64,000 nt of DNA from an uncultured virus (IMG/VR IMGVR_UViG_3300030099_003764) (taxonomy: Duplodnaviria; Heunggongvirae; Uroviricota; Caudoviricetes). The stretch lies in IMG/VR virus record IMGVR_UViG_3300030099_003764, one strand, 5' to 3'. The number at the start of each line of letters is the position of its first letter. The stretch's first letter is position 1. This document shows positions 49,960 through 58,707 of the stretch, in pieces. The notes under the pieces are model-generated. The model was not told the origin of the DNA. It saw nothing but the letters and a program-made list of their open reading frames with translations, and ran no database searches. The position numbers and the translations under genes are program-made.

Positions 49960-50192
49960 ACTGCTTTCTCTCCTTTTACTTCAAAAAACTCTTCTGAAGA
50001 CACCCAATCACTGTATGTTACTACAAGTGTTTTAACATTGGCTTCCCAACGACCTTCATCATCTTCTTTTCTACTTACCCAAAATTGTTCTAAGTCGTTA
50101 AGACTATCAAACTTAAACTCTGTGTATCTTGCTATTCTATTATCAGCATATATTGTATTTCCATAACTTATATCTATATTCATATTAATCAC
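49956..50192 (-). CDS. Hypothetical protein
   Basis: 78-aa ORF. Confidence 0.5.
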   Translation of the reverse strand: MINMNIDISYGNTIYADNRIARYTEFKFDSLNDLEQFWVSRKEDDEGRWEANVKTLVVTYSDWVSSEEFFEVKGEKAV

Positions 50193-50342
50193 TCCAAATC
50201 ATCAGGATAGTATTCCATATCTCTCCAAACACCATCTATTAGTTCATAACCACAACCATTTAGTAAATCCGTAGCATCTCTTAGTTGTGCTTCTAATTCA
50301 ATAATTCTTTCTTTTAATTTTTCAATTTTTTCATCCATATTA

Positions 50343-50561
50343 TTATTCCTCCTTTTTTATAGGTGGCGGAATCCACCGTGAATTGTACTGAGCATTATAA
50401 TCTTCTAAACATGGTTCACACAATTTGAAATCTATTACTACTTCATCATAAGTAGTTACCAAATCATATGATGCTCTTAAACCACATTTAGCACATTTTG
50501 GCACCGGTATTTCCGGCACTCTCTTTATTTTATTTCTTAACCAATTGAACATCTTAATCAC
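50343..50561 (-). CDS. Small zinc-finger protein
   Basis: 'CAKC...LCEPC'. Confidence 0.5.
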   Translation of the reverse strand: MIKMFNWLRNKIKRVPEIPVPKCAKCGLRASYDLVTTYDEVVIDFKLCEPCLEDYNAQYNSRWIPPPIKKEE

Positions 50562-50565
50562 CTAA

Positions 50566-50883
50566 AGGTTGGGGAAAATAGATTCGTGGGTAACAAACCC
50601 CACTATTTCATGACGAAACCTGTAAAAGTTCGGCTTTTTACAGGATGAACATATGCTTTTCTATTTTTACTTGAAAAACCCCTAAATTGGAAAAAGGACT
50701 TATGCTCGCTCAAGATTATTTTTGAGAGAAGATAGAGATGCGCCGGAGGCACAGTATCTCTCTAATCCTTTGCCAGCCAAAGATAACACCCGCTAAGTAG
50801 TCCTTTTTTATTAGCAAACCGTTTCCACAAATCAGTTCAAGAGATTTTGGAGCATCTCTCTACCTAACCCTTTTCGTGTGGAA
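50566..50883 (-). ncRNA. Candidate cluster of structured non-coding RNA domains
   Basis: ORF-free; closing helices AAAAAGGACT(50691-50700)/AGTCCTTTTT(50799-50808) and TTCCACA/TGTGGAA (50823/50877); hairpin CCTGTAAAAG...TTTTACAGG. Strand inferred from context. Confidence 0.4.
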
Positions 50884-51027
50884 TCATATCTTTTGATAGG
50901 TAATAATACCTACCAACTTGCCATTTACAGTTAATCTTATTACCTCTCCTTTTATTTCTAAATCAGTAACATCATCAATATATTGTGAAGCCCATCCGAT
51001 TAAATACTCTTTGTGTAATTTATGCAC
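50884..51027 (-). CDS. Small hypothetical protein (47 aa, not in ORF track)
   Basis: GAGGTGA RBS, GTG start, HKLHKEYLIGWASQYIDD... Confidence 0.45.
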   Translation of the reverse strand: MHKLHKEYLIGWASQYIDDVTDLEIKGEVIRLTVNGKLVGIITYQKI

Positions 51028-51036
51028 AATATCACC

Positions 51037-51381
51037 TCAAAAGGTCTTGCCGTGCATAAACTCACGGCTTTCGTTATATTCCATCTTAGCAACAATAGCA
51101 CCTGCGACATCTAAGTCTTTACCAAAGGCATAATCCATAATGCGGATTACTGCGTCTGCTAATTCTTCTTCGAGATTACTAAACTCCATAATCTTATTTG
51201 AAGAAGGATTGCCTTCACGCAACGCCTCCAATGCTTCAGAAATCTCTGCATGAATCAGAGCCATTCTTTCACCATCATTTACTTCTTCTTTCCAAAAACC
51301 ATGATTAACTGCATTCCTATAAACCTTCTTTGCCTTCTTATTCCATTCTTTTTCAAAACTCAAACTCAACACCTCTCTCAA
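51037..51381 (-). CDS. MazG-like nucleotide pyrophosphohydrolase
   Basis: 'LIHAEISEALEA...EEELADAVIRIMD...KMEYN'. Confidence 0.85.
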   Translation of the reverse strand: MREVLSLSFEKEWNKKAKKVYRNAVNHGFWKEEVNDGERMALIHAEISEALEALREGNPSSNKIMEFSNLEEELADAVIRIMDYAFGKDLDVAGAIVAKMEYNESREFMHGKTF

Positions 51382-51649
51382 TTGCTAATTTTTCTAATTT
51401 AGCCACATGCCTTTTTGGTGCATGTTTTTTGGCTACTATTTGAATCAATGATTCCGACAAGTTTTCTGATACCGGTATGATAGTAGCACAACTACTACAT
51501 ACCGGCTTGTGTGATTTATCACATCTTGTCACTGATTTGATTTTGCCACAAAAATTACATGTTTCATTTTTAGTTTCCATATGTCTTAATCCTACCATAT
51601 TCATGCCTCCTTTTCTAATTCTATTCGTAGTGTGTTGAACGCATACCAA
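51353..51649 (-). CDS. Small zinc-binding protein
   Basis: 'CNFC...C...VCSSC'; true start probably near 51598. Confidence 0.5.
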   Translation of the reverse strand: MVCVQHTTNRIRKGGMNMVGLRHMETKNETCNFCGKIKSVTRCDKSHKPVCSSCATIIPVSENLSESLIQIVAKKHAPKRHVAKLEKLAIERGVEFEF

Positions 51650-51886
51650 GAAACGCCCATCATATTCTCTAACTCATCGTTAGGGCAATTCAGCCATGAA
51701 GCCAAACTTAGTATTATCGTCTTCATTCTGTTGTATCTATCTTCATCCATATTCATTCCTCCTTACAAGTACATCTTGCTTCTAAAGTGCGGTGTGCATC
51801 AACAAAACCAACACTACATTCAACATTATATCTTGCAGTTGCACCACACTTACATTCCATTATTTCTATTCTTACTAATCTTCCAT

Positions 51887-52087
51887 TCATCTAAAATCAC
51901 CACTTAGAAACTTACTCGCCCAATCGGAATACCGAGAGAATACAGTAATATCATCACTACTGATTCCCTCGATATTCGTTTCGGGGTCTGTCAGAAATAT
52001 AACTCTCCTTCGGTCATTATGCCAAAGGACTTCTTTAGTTACACTCCATTCGTCCAACGCTTTTGTCATTATTGTATATTTATTCAT
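51887..52087 (-). CDS. Hypothetical protein
   Basis: 66-aa ORF after the helicase. Confidence 0.5.
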   Translation of the reverse strand: MNKYTIMTKALDEWSVTKEVLWHNDRRRVIFLTDPETNIEGISSDDITVFSRYSDWASKFLSGDFR

Positions 52088-52091
52088 ATTA

Positions 52092-53525
52092 TCAACTCTT
52101 TGGTCTTGGCCCGCAAAAGAATAGATTCTTCTTTGCTCTTGTAATTGCTACATAGCAAATGTTTCTTTCTTCTTTAGGATTTGTAGCCTTTGGATGCGGC
52201 ATCCTGTCTGTGGCTAAGATATATACATTGTCAGCCTCAAGACCTTTAGCCTTGTGAACAGTAGACAACATAATCTCTCCTTTGTCATTGTTATCGAATA
52301 CTCTCTTGATTTCATTTACAATTCCACCAACAGTAGTAGCCATAGTAGAGAAAATCTTCAGACACTCAAACTTATCTTCAAGGTTGTTTGCTTGATTGAC
52401 TTTATCAGCCGCAATCAACTTATCATAAGTGAATCTAAAGTCCTGTGTGAGTAATTCTCTAAACTCTTCAGCACCCATATTATCATTCTTGGTAATCTTT
52501 CTAACACCATTAATTAGTCCTTTAGTCATATCACGACCAAGAACATATGCTGATTTGCCTTGTAGAATCAAATCGTAAAACGCTGAAACCAAAGGCGCAT
52601 TGTATCTACATAGAACCATATCACCCTCTTGAGGATTAAACGGTGCATTTTCAACAACCATTCCAACATCAGCAGTTGGAGGACAACTAAAGTTTTTGAC
52701 ATATCTATTTGCTTCAGAAACAACACTTTTAGGACATCTCCAAGTTAGACTTAGAGAAAAACGCTTGATTTCTTTGTCACCCTTTTCTAATCTCTTAACA
52801 AATATGTCCATTGAATTAGAATCAGCACCACGAAAACCATAAATCGCTTGATTTGGGTCGCCCACAATAATACACCTGCCGTTTCCAACACATCTTGAAA
52901 TCAACTCTCTTTGCATTTCATTGAAGTCTTGTGCTTCATCAACAAATAGAGTATCAAAGGTTGGTAATGGCATATCTAATACCAAGGGTAGCCAAATCAT
53001 ATCATCAAAATCAATCAATGAAGTATTTTGCTTGCATTGATTTAAGATTGCTGGAATACTATCAATTGCTATTACTTCTTCACGGTCTGAATTAAACTCA
53101 ATATTGTATTCATCAATTAGTGAATAAATACCCTTTGTGTCGTTTTCATCAATCATTGAACCCTTGATTAAACTAATCAACTTAATTAGTGGTTGAGCAT
53201 AAAAGTCACGACCAAGTATATCATCAATAATATTCTTAACTTTGAAGTTATTGACCTTTGTTCTGATACCTGCTGCTCTCAATGCTGCAAAGCCCAATGC
53301 GTGAAATGTTTTTACTTCAACATCATCCGGTAGTCTTTCTGCTAATTCTAACTGAATAGATTTGTTAAATGCTAAGAATGCTTTCTTTACACCACTATCT
53401 CTATTTGCGCCCTCTACAATTGTGAATGTTTTACCAACACCTGCGCCAGCATTAACTATAATGTGACCTGTACCGTTTTCGATTTCATTCCATATTGCGT
53501 CTTGTTCTTTTGTTCCTGTTATCAT
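52092..53525 (-). CDS. UvrD/Rep-like superfamily 1 helicase
   Basis: 'AGAGVGKT', 'LAFN', 'DEAQD', 'VGDPNQAIYGFRGA', 'STVHKAKGLE', 'YVAITRAK'. Confidence 0.92.
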   Translation of the reverse strand: MITGTKEQDAIWNEIENGTGHIIVNAGAGVGKTFTIVEGANRDSGVKKAFLAFNKSIQLELAERLPDDVEVKTFHALGFAALRAAGIRTKVNNFKVKNIIDDILGRDFYAQPLIKLISLIKGSMIDENDTKGIYSLIDEYNIEFNSDREEVIAIDSIPAILNQCKQNTSLIDFDDMIWLPLVLDMPLPTFDTLFVDEAQDFNEMQRELISRCVGNGRCIIVGDPNQAIYGFRGADSNSMDIFVKRLEKGDKEIKRFSLSLTWRCPKSVVSEANRYVKNFSCPPTADVGMVVENAPFNPQEGDMVLCRYNAPLVSAFYDLILQGKSAYVLGRDMTKGLINGVRKITKNDNMGAEEFRELLTQDFRFTYDKLIAADKVNQANNLEDKFECLKIFSTMATTVGGIVNEIKRVFDNNDKGEIMLSTVHKAKGLEADNVYILATDRMPHPKATNPKEERNICYVAITRAKKNLFFCGPRPKS

Positions 53526-53941
53526 ATTTATTCCTCATTTTTATTTTTATTGCTTTTTGGAAAGGCCCACTTTTTCAGAGGCCCGAATCGTGTAATTTTT
53601 TACACTTGAATAGGTGGGAGAAGGAGGACGATATAATTGTTTAATAATAAACGGTAATATCAATACCTCTTTTGTAGCCCTTGTCCTCAACTTCTCCCGT
53701 TGTTGATGAAAAGCATCACAATTGCGTGTGAAACCCCAATAACACACCATTACTTTTTCATCGGTACTATGGGGTGGGGGAGTATATAAAGGGGTGACAC
53801 CTCGCCCCCCTCCCCCTTGATTGAGTAAGAAATGTCTAACAATAGGGCTACAATCTACAATAAAAGAAGCCCCTCACCACTCCGAAGAATGATGAGGGGC
53901 AAAATCCCGTTAGGGCGAAACGATAGTGTCAAAAGACAATA

Positions 53942-54418
53942 TCACTCTTCAGTATCAGAACCAAGAAGTGACTCTATTGAGCCATCCCAAGCACCGGTCT
54001 TGAATTGCTTTGAAAGAGCATTTCGCACTTTCTTAGATTGTGCCTTAGCATAATCTTCAGCCGATTCAAAAGTTCCGCCGCCGGACTTAGCATGTTTTAG
54101 CGTAACTGCGCTAATAATGCCATCGTAGTTGTAATACGCCATTGACGCTTCTTCTACGACATTACAAATCCTGTCAATTGCTACTCTAATAGCGGCAGGT
54201 ACAGCACTTCTTTGTCCTCTTCGCCCAAGTGGAGAACCGTCACGGCCCTTTAGTAATGCCTTTAGAGCATTAGCCGCAGCATCTCTTTCATTTGGGTTAT
54301 CTTGTCCGACTTGAAGATGCAATTCAACAACTTGTTTCAAAGCACCATCAAGGCTTTCATCTGCATTTAGGTAATCTGTGACCTCGATAACGAGGCTATC
54401 CCACTTTACTTCATCCAT
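53942..54418 (-). CDS. Paralog family member 1 ('WDG' family, unknown function)
   Basis: Shares 'KW...ER...SP...KHxKSGGG...WDG' with 58183 and 59838; start reassigned to MDEVKW. Confidence 0.7.
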   Translation of the reverse strand: MDEVKWDSLVIEVTDYLNADESLDGALKQVVELHLQVGQDNPNERDAAANALKALLKGRDGSPLGRRGQRSAVPAAIRVAIDRICNVVEEASMAYYNYDGIISAVTLKHAKSGGGTFESAEDYAKAQSKKVRNALSKQFKTGAWDGSIESLLGSDTEE

Positions 54419-54578
54419 ATTATCATATCCTAACCCCCGACATAGGGGGCACAAACTCTCTATGTTCCACCCATATATAAGGAGAGGGAAATGCTTTTTC
54501 AGATATTAGATTCCATTTTGAAAGTGCTTGAAATCGGGGGTTTATGTTTTTATTACTAAATTAATTGCTTATTTTCAA

Positions 54579-54903
54579 CAGTGGAAACATTATTCCACCG
54601 GAAAAAAAACCGGAAAAAAAATCTATCGAGAAACTCAAGGGCTATGCGACACAACCATGAAGATTCTTAGGGTTTTGACATTATTCCATTATTCCACTGT
54701 AAATACCCCCCCTACTCTCTCTATAAATCTGACATAGCCCTAAAGAAACAAAGGGGAAATGCGAGGGGGTGTGTGAGATTGTATTAGAATAGAATAGAAT
54801 AATAGAATAATAGAATATTATTAAAACTAAGGGGTTGTGTTACACAACCCTCCAATTTCTCAAAGTTTAGTCTACTATGAAGTGGAAACTTCAGTGGAAA
54901 CAT
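54579..54903. repeat. Non-coding region with short direct/inverted repeats; candidate replication origin
   Basis: CAGTGGAAACAT x2 (54579, 54892); ATTATTCCA x3 facing tandem TAGAA(TAA) repeats (54785-54816); perfect palindrome GGGTTGTGT-T-ACACAACCC (54832-54850). Confidence 0.4.
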
Positions 54904-55057
54904 CTTTTGGATTATATATTATACTGTATAACATATGTATATGGTATGATTATAACTTATATTATACGGCCAATTGAAAGACATACTTACAAACATAGTC
55001 ATTTTATGGTAGTTAAAAATTAATACCAAACAATCGCTCGATAAGACTATTGTTCTT

Positions 55058-55088
55058 GGTTATTCCCGCTTTGTTAAACGGAATAACC
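55058..55088. repeat. Cassette boundary half-site (right hairpin only)
   Basis: GGTTATTCC-cgCTTTGttaaac-GGAATAACC. Confidence 0.7.
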
Positions 55089-55091
55089 TTG

Positions 55092-55132
55092 AAAAAAAGG
55101 AGGCAAATGGGGTTTTACCCCCATTTACCCCC
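55092..55132 (-). terminator. Hairpin + T-tract terminator
   Basis: AAATGGGG...CCCCATTT with A-run 55092-55098. Confidence 0.6.
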
Positions 55133-55159
55133 TATTAGCCGCCGTATTTACACCACCTC

Positions 55160-55552
55160 CTATTCGTCATTCATTTTCTTTCCTTTAGTAAAATGCTCTT
55201 TGTACTCTTCAGAATAGTTTCCGTGATAAACTGCTTGCTCGTATTCATCTTGTGATATGAGCATGTTTTTGATATATTCAGCAATCTCTTCAAATCTCTC
55301 CGATTCGACACACCATATATTCGCTATTGTTTCACAGTATTCTAAATAATTGAATATGCTGGTAAAGTCCTTGATTGACTTATTCTCCATACCGCCCTCT
55401 CTACTTCTACCCATGTGATTAGTTGGTACTATGTGACAGCCGAACTTATCAGTAGGAAAGTCCTCTTCATAGCATTCACAATTCAGTCCCGCTTCTTTAC
55501 TGCATTTCTCACAATCTGTCTTATCTCCAAATGTTCTATTCATGTCTTTCAC
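55160..55552 (-). CDS. Hypothetical acidic protein (cassette 1)
   Basis: 130-aa ORF with its own TATA-like element (~55642) and terminator. Confidence 0.6.
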   Translation of the reverse strand: MKDMNRTFGDKTDCEKCSKEAGLNCECYEEDFPTDKFGCHIVPTNHMGRSREGGMENKSIKDFTSIFNYLEYCETIANIWCVESERFEEIAEYIKNMLISQDEYEQAVYHGNYSEEYKEHFTKGKKMNDE

Positions 55553-55650
55553 CTTTCTCTAAAGTGCCCCGTTCAGAAGAATCCGATTATTTTCCGTAAT
55601 TTTCCGATAATTTTCCGAACTGTTATTATCAAAAATATGGGTATATGCAA

Positions 55651-55707
55651 GGTAGTCAAAGTAACTACCATATGGTTGGTAGTGTTCTTTGAAGGAACGG
55701 TACGACC
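55651..55707. repeat. Double-hairpin cassette boundary element 1
   Basis: GGTAGT-CAAAGTA-ACTACC ATAT GGT...CTTTG...ACC. Confidence 0.85.
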
Positions 55708-55736
55708 ATAAAAAAATGGAACAGGTGATGGCCGAT

Positions 55737-56132
55737 TTACTCGGCCACCACCTTTACTCCATCAGGTACCATTTTCAATATAACATGAATTGCATGTAGA
55801 AATCTTTGCTTCATGTCAAATGTTGATGCTGCTTTCCATGCCTCAATATTATGTAGTAGCAATTGCTTGAAGTCACCAACATTATCAAAATCAATCACAT
55901 TCATAATTCCTTCATTTTCCACTCTTGATTGAAAGTCGTTAAACTCGGTTTCCCTCTGTTCTTCTTCTTCTTCTCTACTCGGAATGCCCTTCTTTTCACG
56001 AATACATGCACCACATGTAGCAATAATCTCATAATCAGCATATTCGTCCTCATAGTCACCTAGTCCATAATGGCCGATTGTTACTTGTTCACCGCATCCG
56101 TCTTCACTGCATGTTATATAATCCCATGTCAT
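55737..56132 (-). CDS. Acidic zinc-finger protein (cassette 2)
   Basis: 'CSEDGC...CGAC'; promoter ACCTTATAT abutting boundary element 2. Confidence 0.65.
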   Translation of the reverse strand: MTWDYITCSEDGCGEQVTIGHYGLGDYEDEYADYEIIATCGACIREKKGIPSREEEEEQRETEFNDFQSRVENEGIMNVIDFDNVGDFKQLLLHNIEAWKAASTFDMKQRFLHAIHVILKMVPDGVKVVAE

Positions 56133-56159
56133 ACTAATACGGAATAATTCTACATATAA

Positions 56160-56218
56160 GGTAACATCAAAGTTAATGTTACCATATGGTTGTAATCACT
56201 TTGAATAGCATTACAACC
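56160..56218. repeat. Double-hairpin cassette boundary element 2
   Basis: GGTAACAT-CAAAGTTA-ATGTTACC ATAT GGTTGTAAT-caCTTTGaatagc-ATTACAACC. Confidence 0.9.
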
Positions 56219-56234
56219 TTGAAAAAAAATAATG

Positions 56235-56679
56235 AAAAAACGCCGCCTACTTTGAATCTCGGACTCACAACGCTCAATCATCGTTTGTGGCTGAAGTCAT
56301 CCTCTTGACCGGTACCAGAGGATAAGGTTTCAGAACCGCACTAAACCTATGAGCGAATAACTGCCTTTTTCGTTTCGGCTTTGTTTCTTCATATGAGAAT
56401 GTGAAAGGTGGTGAATCGGATTGTGTACCGATAACATTGATAGGACTAACTCCCACTGATTTAACAACGCTCGCTTTATTCAATTGAGCCAATGTACCAC
56501 GATTATCCATGTTATCAGTAAATAACACCCCTTTTGAGGTTGAAGGACTTTCTTAGAGGCAACTCCTAATCCATTTGGACATCAGAATGTGCATAAGCCG
56601 AAACTACTCGGAACCGTGTGCGTTATCCCCGTTGTAAAAGGATATTCCGCCATCACCGTGTCGAGGTGCCCCCCGACAT
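56235..56679 (-). ncRNA. Candidate ~440-nt structured non-coding RNA (cassette 3)
   Basis: Minus-strand TATA (ACCCTATATA 56701-56710) and T-runs at 56222-56240; no credible ORF; 10-bp long-range helix 56372-56381/56595-56604 plus several local hairpins. Confidence 0.55.
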
Positions 56680-56707
56680 TAATTTATGACGGTAATAGGA
56701 TATATAG

Positions 56708-56748
56708 GGTCTTCAAAGTTAAGACCATATGGTTGTACTTTGAAAACC
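56708..56748. repeat. Double-hairpin cassette boundary element 3
   Basis: GGTCTT-CAAAGTT-AAGACC ATAT GGTT-gtaCTTTGaa-AACC, flanked by divergent TATA elements. Confidence 0.9.
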
Positions 56749-56778
56749 CTATTATAACCCCCTACATCGTATATTAAC

Positions 56779-57255
56779 ATGGTAAAAGTAACAACTACGA
56801 CTAACCCACATGTGCATGATGATAATACAGTGAGCAAAACAACAACTTTCGAGTGTGAAACGAAAGAAGAGTTTGTGAAAGTCTGGAATGATAGAAAATA
56901 CATCCCAAAGTCAAGGAAAATCAAGTGGTCGGCAAATATTGACAAACTTGAAGTGTATTCGGAAGAATGGATTAATTTTGAAGATGTCTTATTTCCTCCT
57001 GAAGTTAAAGAATACATTCCTACTGAAGTAGATAAGAGGGCGGCTAAGATTCTTCAAATCGAAACATGGATGGAAAACAACCCTCAATTTCACGAAACCG
57101 AGAATTGGCCTATTATTGAATACTGCATTAGCAGAATGAATGTCGTTAGTTGTAATGATAGTAGTGAATTGTTTGATAATTTGATGAGTCTATTTATTCT
57201 CAATTCAAGACACTATGAACCTGCATGTTTCTACAGGGGGGATGAAGAAGAATGA
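56779..57255 (+). CDS. Hypothetical protein (cassette 4, probably leaderless)
   Basis: 158-aa ORF starting ~25 nt after TATTATAA (56750-56757). Confidence 0.65.
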   Translation: MVKVTTTTNPHVHDDNTVSKTTTFECETKEEFVKVWNDRKYIPKSRKIKWSANIDKLEVYSEEWINFEDVLFPPEVKEYIPTEVDKRAAKILQIETWMENNPQFHETENWPIIEYCISRMNVVSCNDSSELFDNLMSLFILNSRHYEPACFYRGDEEE

Positions 57256-57401
57256 CCTGTGATGATTGTGGCAGTTCAAATACTGAAATCGAAGAAGGAC
57301 ATTGGGGCCAATGGTGGATTTGTTGTAATGAATGCGATTGGGTTATGTTGTATAACACTTATGTTAAGGATAATGAACCGGATAACTATGGAGATGATTG
57401 A
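57252..57401 (+). CDS. Small zinc-ribbon protein (49 aa, not in ORF track)
   Basis: MTCDDCGS...ICCNECDW; ATGA overlap with upstream stop. Confidence 0.55.
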   Translation: MTCDDCGSSNTEIEEGHWGQWWICCNECDWVMLYNTYVKDNEPDNYGDD

Positions 57402-57587
57402 ATGATAAAGGACGATTATGTATTGAAGAAGAAGTATGATGAAAGAGTTGCTGAAGGTAACGCATGGTGGCACAATTATTGTGTTACAATGAATAAGTTC
57501 ATGAAAGCCAACGGGCACAAGGTTGCCATTGGTTGTGCTTTGAATCCAAATGAGCCTTTGACATCTGAAAGAAGATATGTTGAGTAA
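57402..57587 (+). CDS. Hypothetical protein
   Basis: 61-aa ORF followed by a terminator. Confidence 0.55.
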   Translation: MIKDDYVLKKKYDERVAEGNAWWHNYCVTMNKFMKANGHKVAIGCALNPNEPLTSERRYVE

Positions 57588-57589
57588 AG

Positions 57590-57623
57590 GGGGTAGGGGC
57601 GAAAGCCCCACCCCTATTTTTTT
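57590..57623 (+). terminator. Hairpin (GAAA loop) + T-tract terminator
   Basis: GGGGTAGGGGC-GAAA-GCCCCACCCC then T7. Confidence 0.75.
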
Positions 57624-57631
57624 AGGAACGG

Positions 57632-57690
57632 GGTATTTCAAAGTACATACCATATGGTTTGAGAGATACTTTGAATAATTCTCTCAAACC
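57632..57690. repeat. Double-hairpin cassette boundary element 4 (between convergent units)
   Basis: GGTAT-ttCAAAGtac-ATACC ATAT GGTTTGAGAGA-taCTTTGaataat-TCTCTCAAACC. Confidence 0.9.
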
Positions 57691-57702
57691 CCAAAAAAAT
57701 AG

Positions 57703-57744
57703 AAAAAACCGGATAGGGGCCAATGTAAGTCACCCCTATCCGGT
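57703..57744 (-). terminator. Hairpin + T-tract terminator
   Basis: ACCGGATAGGGG...CCCCTATCCGGT with A-run on +. Confidence 0.7.
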
Positions 57745-57756
57745 AGTAAATCCAAC

Positions 57757-58017
57757 TTACTTGTCGGATTCATCAATTAATGCACGAATCTTCTTCGCTT
57801 CAGTCTTGAATGCCTTCATTGCTGGCATTACTTGACCTAATACTCTGAATCTGCAAGTACCGTCCAAATCTAGTTGGTCAACTCTTAGACTGTATTTGTC
57901 GGTCATTTTCGCTAAGAATCTAAGGATTCTTGGTGCTTCTTCTGCTGCTTGCCCACAAAACTCGGCATAAATCCTACCGTGCCCTGTTTCTATGTCTACA
58001 TCCATCTTTAACGACAT
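57757..58017 (-). CDS. Hypothetical protein (cassette 5)
   Basis: Start reassigned to MSLKMDVD after a GAGGT RBS; the longer ORF-track version runs through boundary element 5. Confidence 0.6.
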   Translation of the reverse strand: MSLKMDVDIETGHGRIYAEFCGQAAEEAPRILRFLAKMTDKYSLRVDQLDLDGTCRFRVLGQVMPAMKAFKTEAKKIRALIDESDK

Positions 58018-58061
58018 GTTACTACCTCTTGGTACTATTATGGGATGATAGGCCTTATATC

Positions 58062-58118
58062 GGGCCTTCAAAGTTAAGCCCATATGGTTGTAACTTTGTT
58101 CATGCGAAGCACTTGACC
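58062..58118. repeat. Double-hairpin cassette boundary element 5 (between divergent units)
   Basis: GGGCCTT-CAAAGTT-AAGCCC ATAT GGT-tgtaaCTTTG...ACC. Confidence 0.85.
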
Positions 58119-58182
58119 CTATATAGGCAAATGGACTCAATATTAATACCTCAAGGGGATTGAGGATAGTAACGGAGAATAG

Positions 58183-58707
58183 GTGATTACTATGATTATG
58201 GACGAAGATAAGTGGACTGAAAGGTCAACAGAGATAAGAGCATGGCTTGAGCATAATGACGCTGGCGCAATGAACGCACTAATTGAGCAGACATTGAACG
58301 CTGGTGATGCAGCAAGTAGTGATGATGAAAGAAACCGTTTTTGGGAAGCAGTGAGAGCAATTTGCAAGACTCTCCCAAACTCGCCAATAAAAAAGGGTCG
58401 TGGCTCAACATTAGAACCTGCGATTCAAGCGTGTGTGGATGGTGTAGTGAATCGCATTCAAAATGCCTTTGCAACCATTTCTGACGCTGGACTAATACTC
58501 GAAGTAATGCTACCACACGGTAAAACCGGTGGCGCATATGCTGACATTGACGCATTCTCAAAGGATATGGCAATGAAGGCACAAAGAGTCCTAAAGGCAG
58601 CATTGAAAGATGGCCGTTGGGACGGAACAATGAACGAAGATAACTTGACCGGTTTAACTCCACCTGTCAAGGAATCTGACAGTGAATCTAAGGAGGAAAC
58701 TGTCTGA
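58183..58707 (+). CDS. Paralog family member 2 (cassette 6)
   Basis: Close paralog of 59838-60326; GGTGAT RBS suggests the start is the ATG at 58192 or 58198. Confidence 0.75.
   Translation: MITMIMDEDKWTERSTEIRAWLEHNDAGAMNALIEQTLNAGDAASSDDERNRFWEAVRAICKTLPNSPIKKGRGSTLEPAIQACVDGVVNRIQNAFATISDAGLILEVMLPHGKTGGAYADIDAFSKDMAMKAQRVLKAALKDGRWDGTMNEDNLTGLTPPVKESDSESKEETV

Noticed and set aside
20738..52454. Plus-strand ORFs within the replication module
   Set aside because: Antisense shadows of well-supported minus-strand genes.
56235..56679. RNase P RNA, tRNA or tmRNA identity for the candidate ncRNA
   Set aside because: Minus-strand AAGAAAGTCC and CGGCTTAT resemble RNase P conserved regions but occur in the wrong order and do not extend a P4 helix; no T-loop or CCA cloverleaf seen.
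56679..58670. ORF-track entries 56679-57017, 57276-57653, 57930-58163, 58143-58367, 58196-58663 and 58458-58670
   Set aside because: They overlap better-supported genes on the opposite strand or cross boundary elements and terminators.
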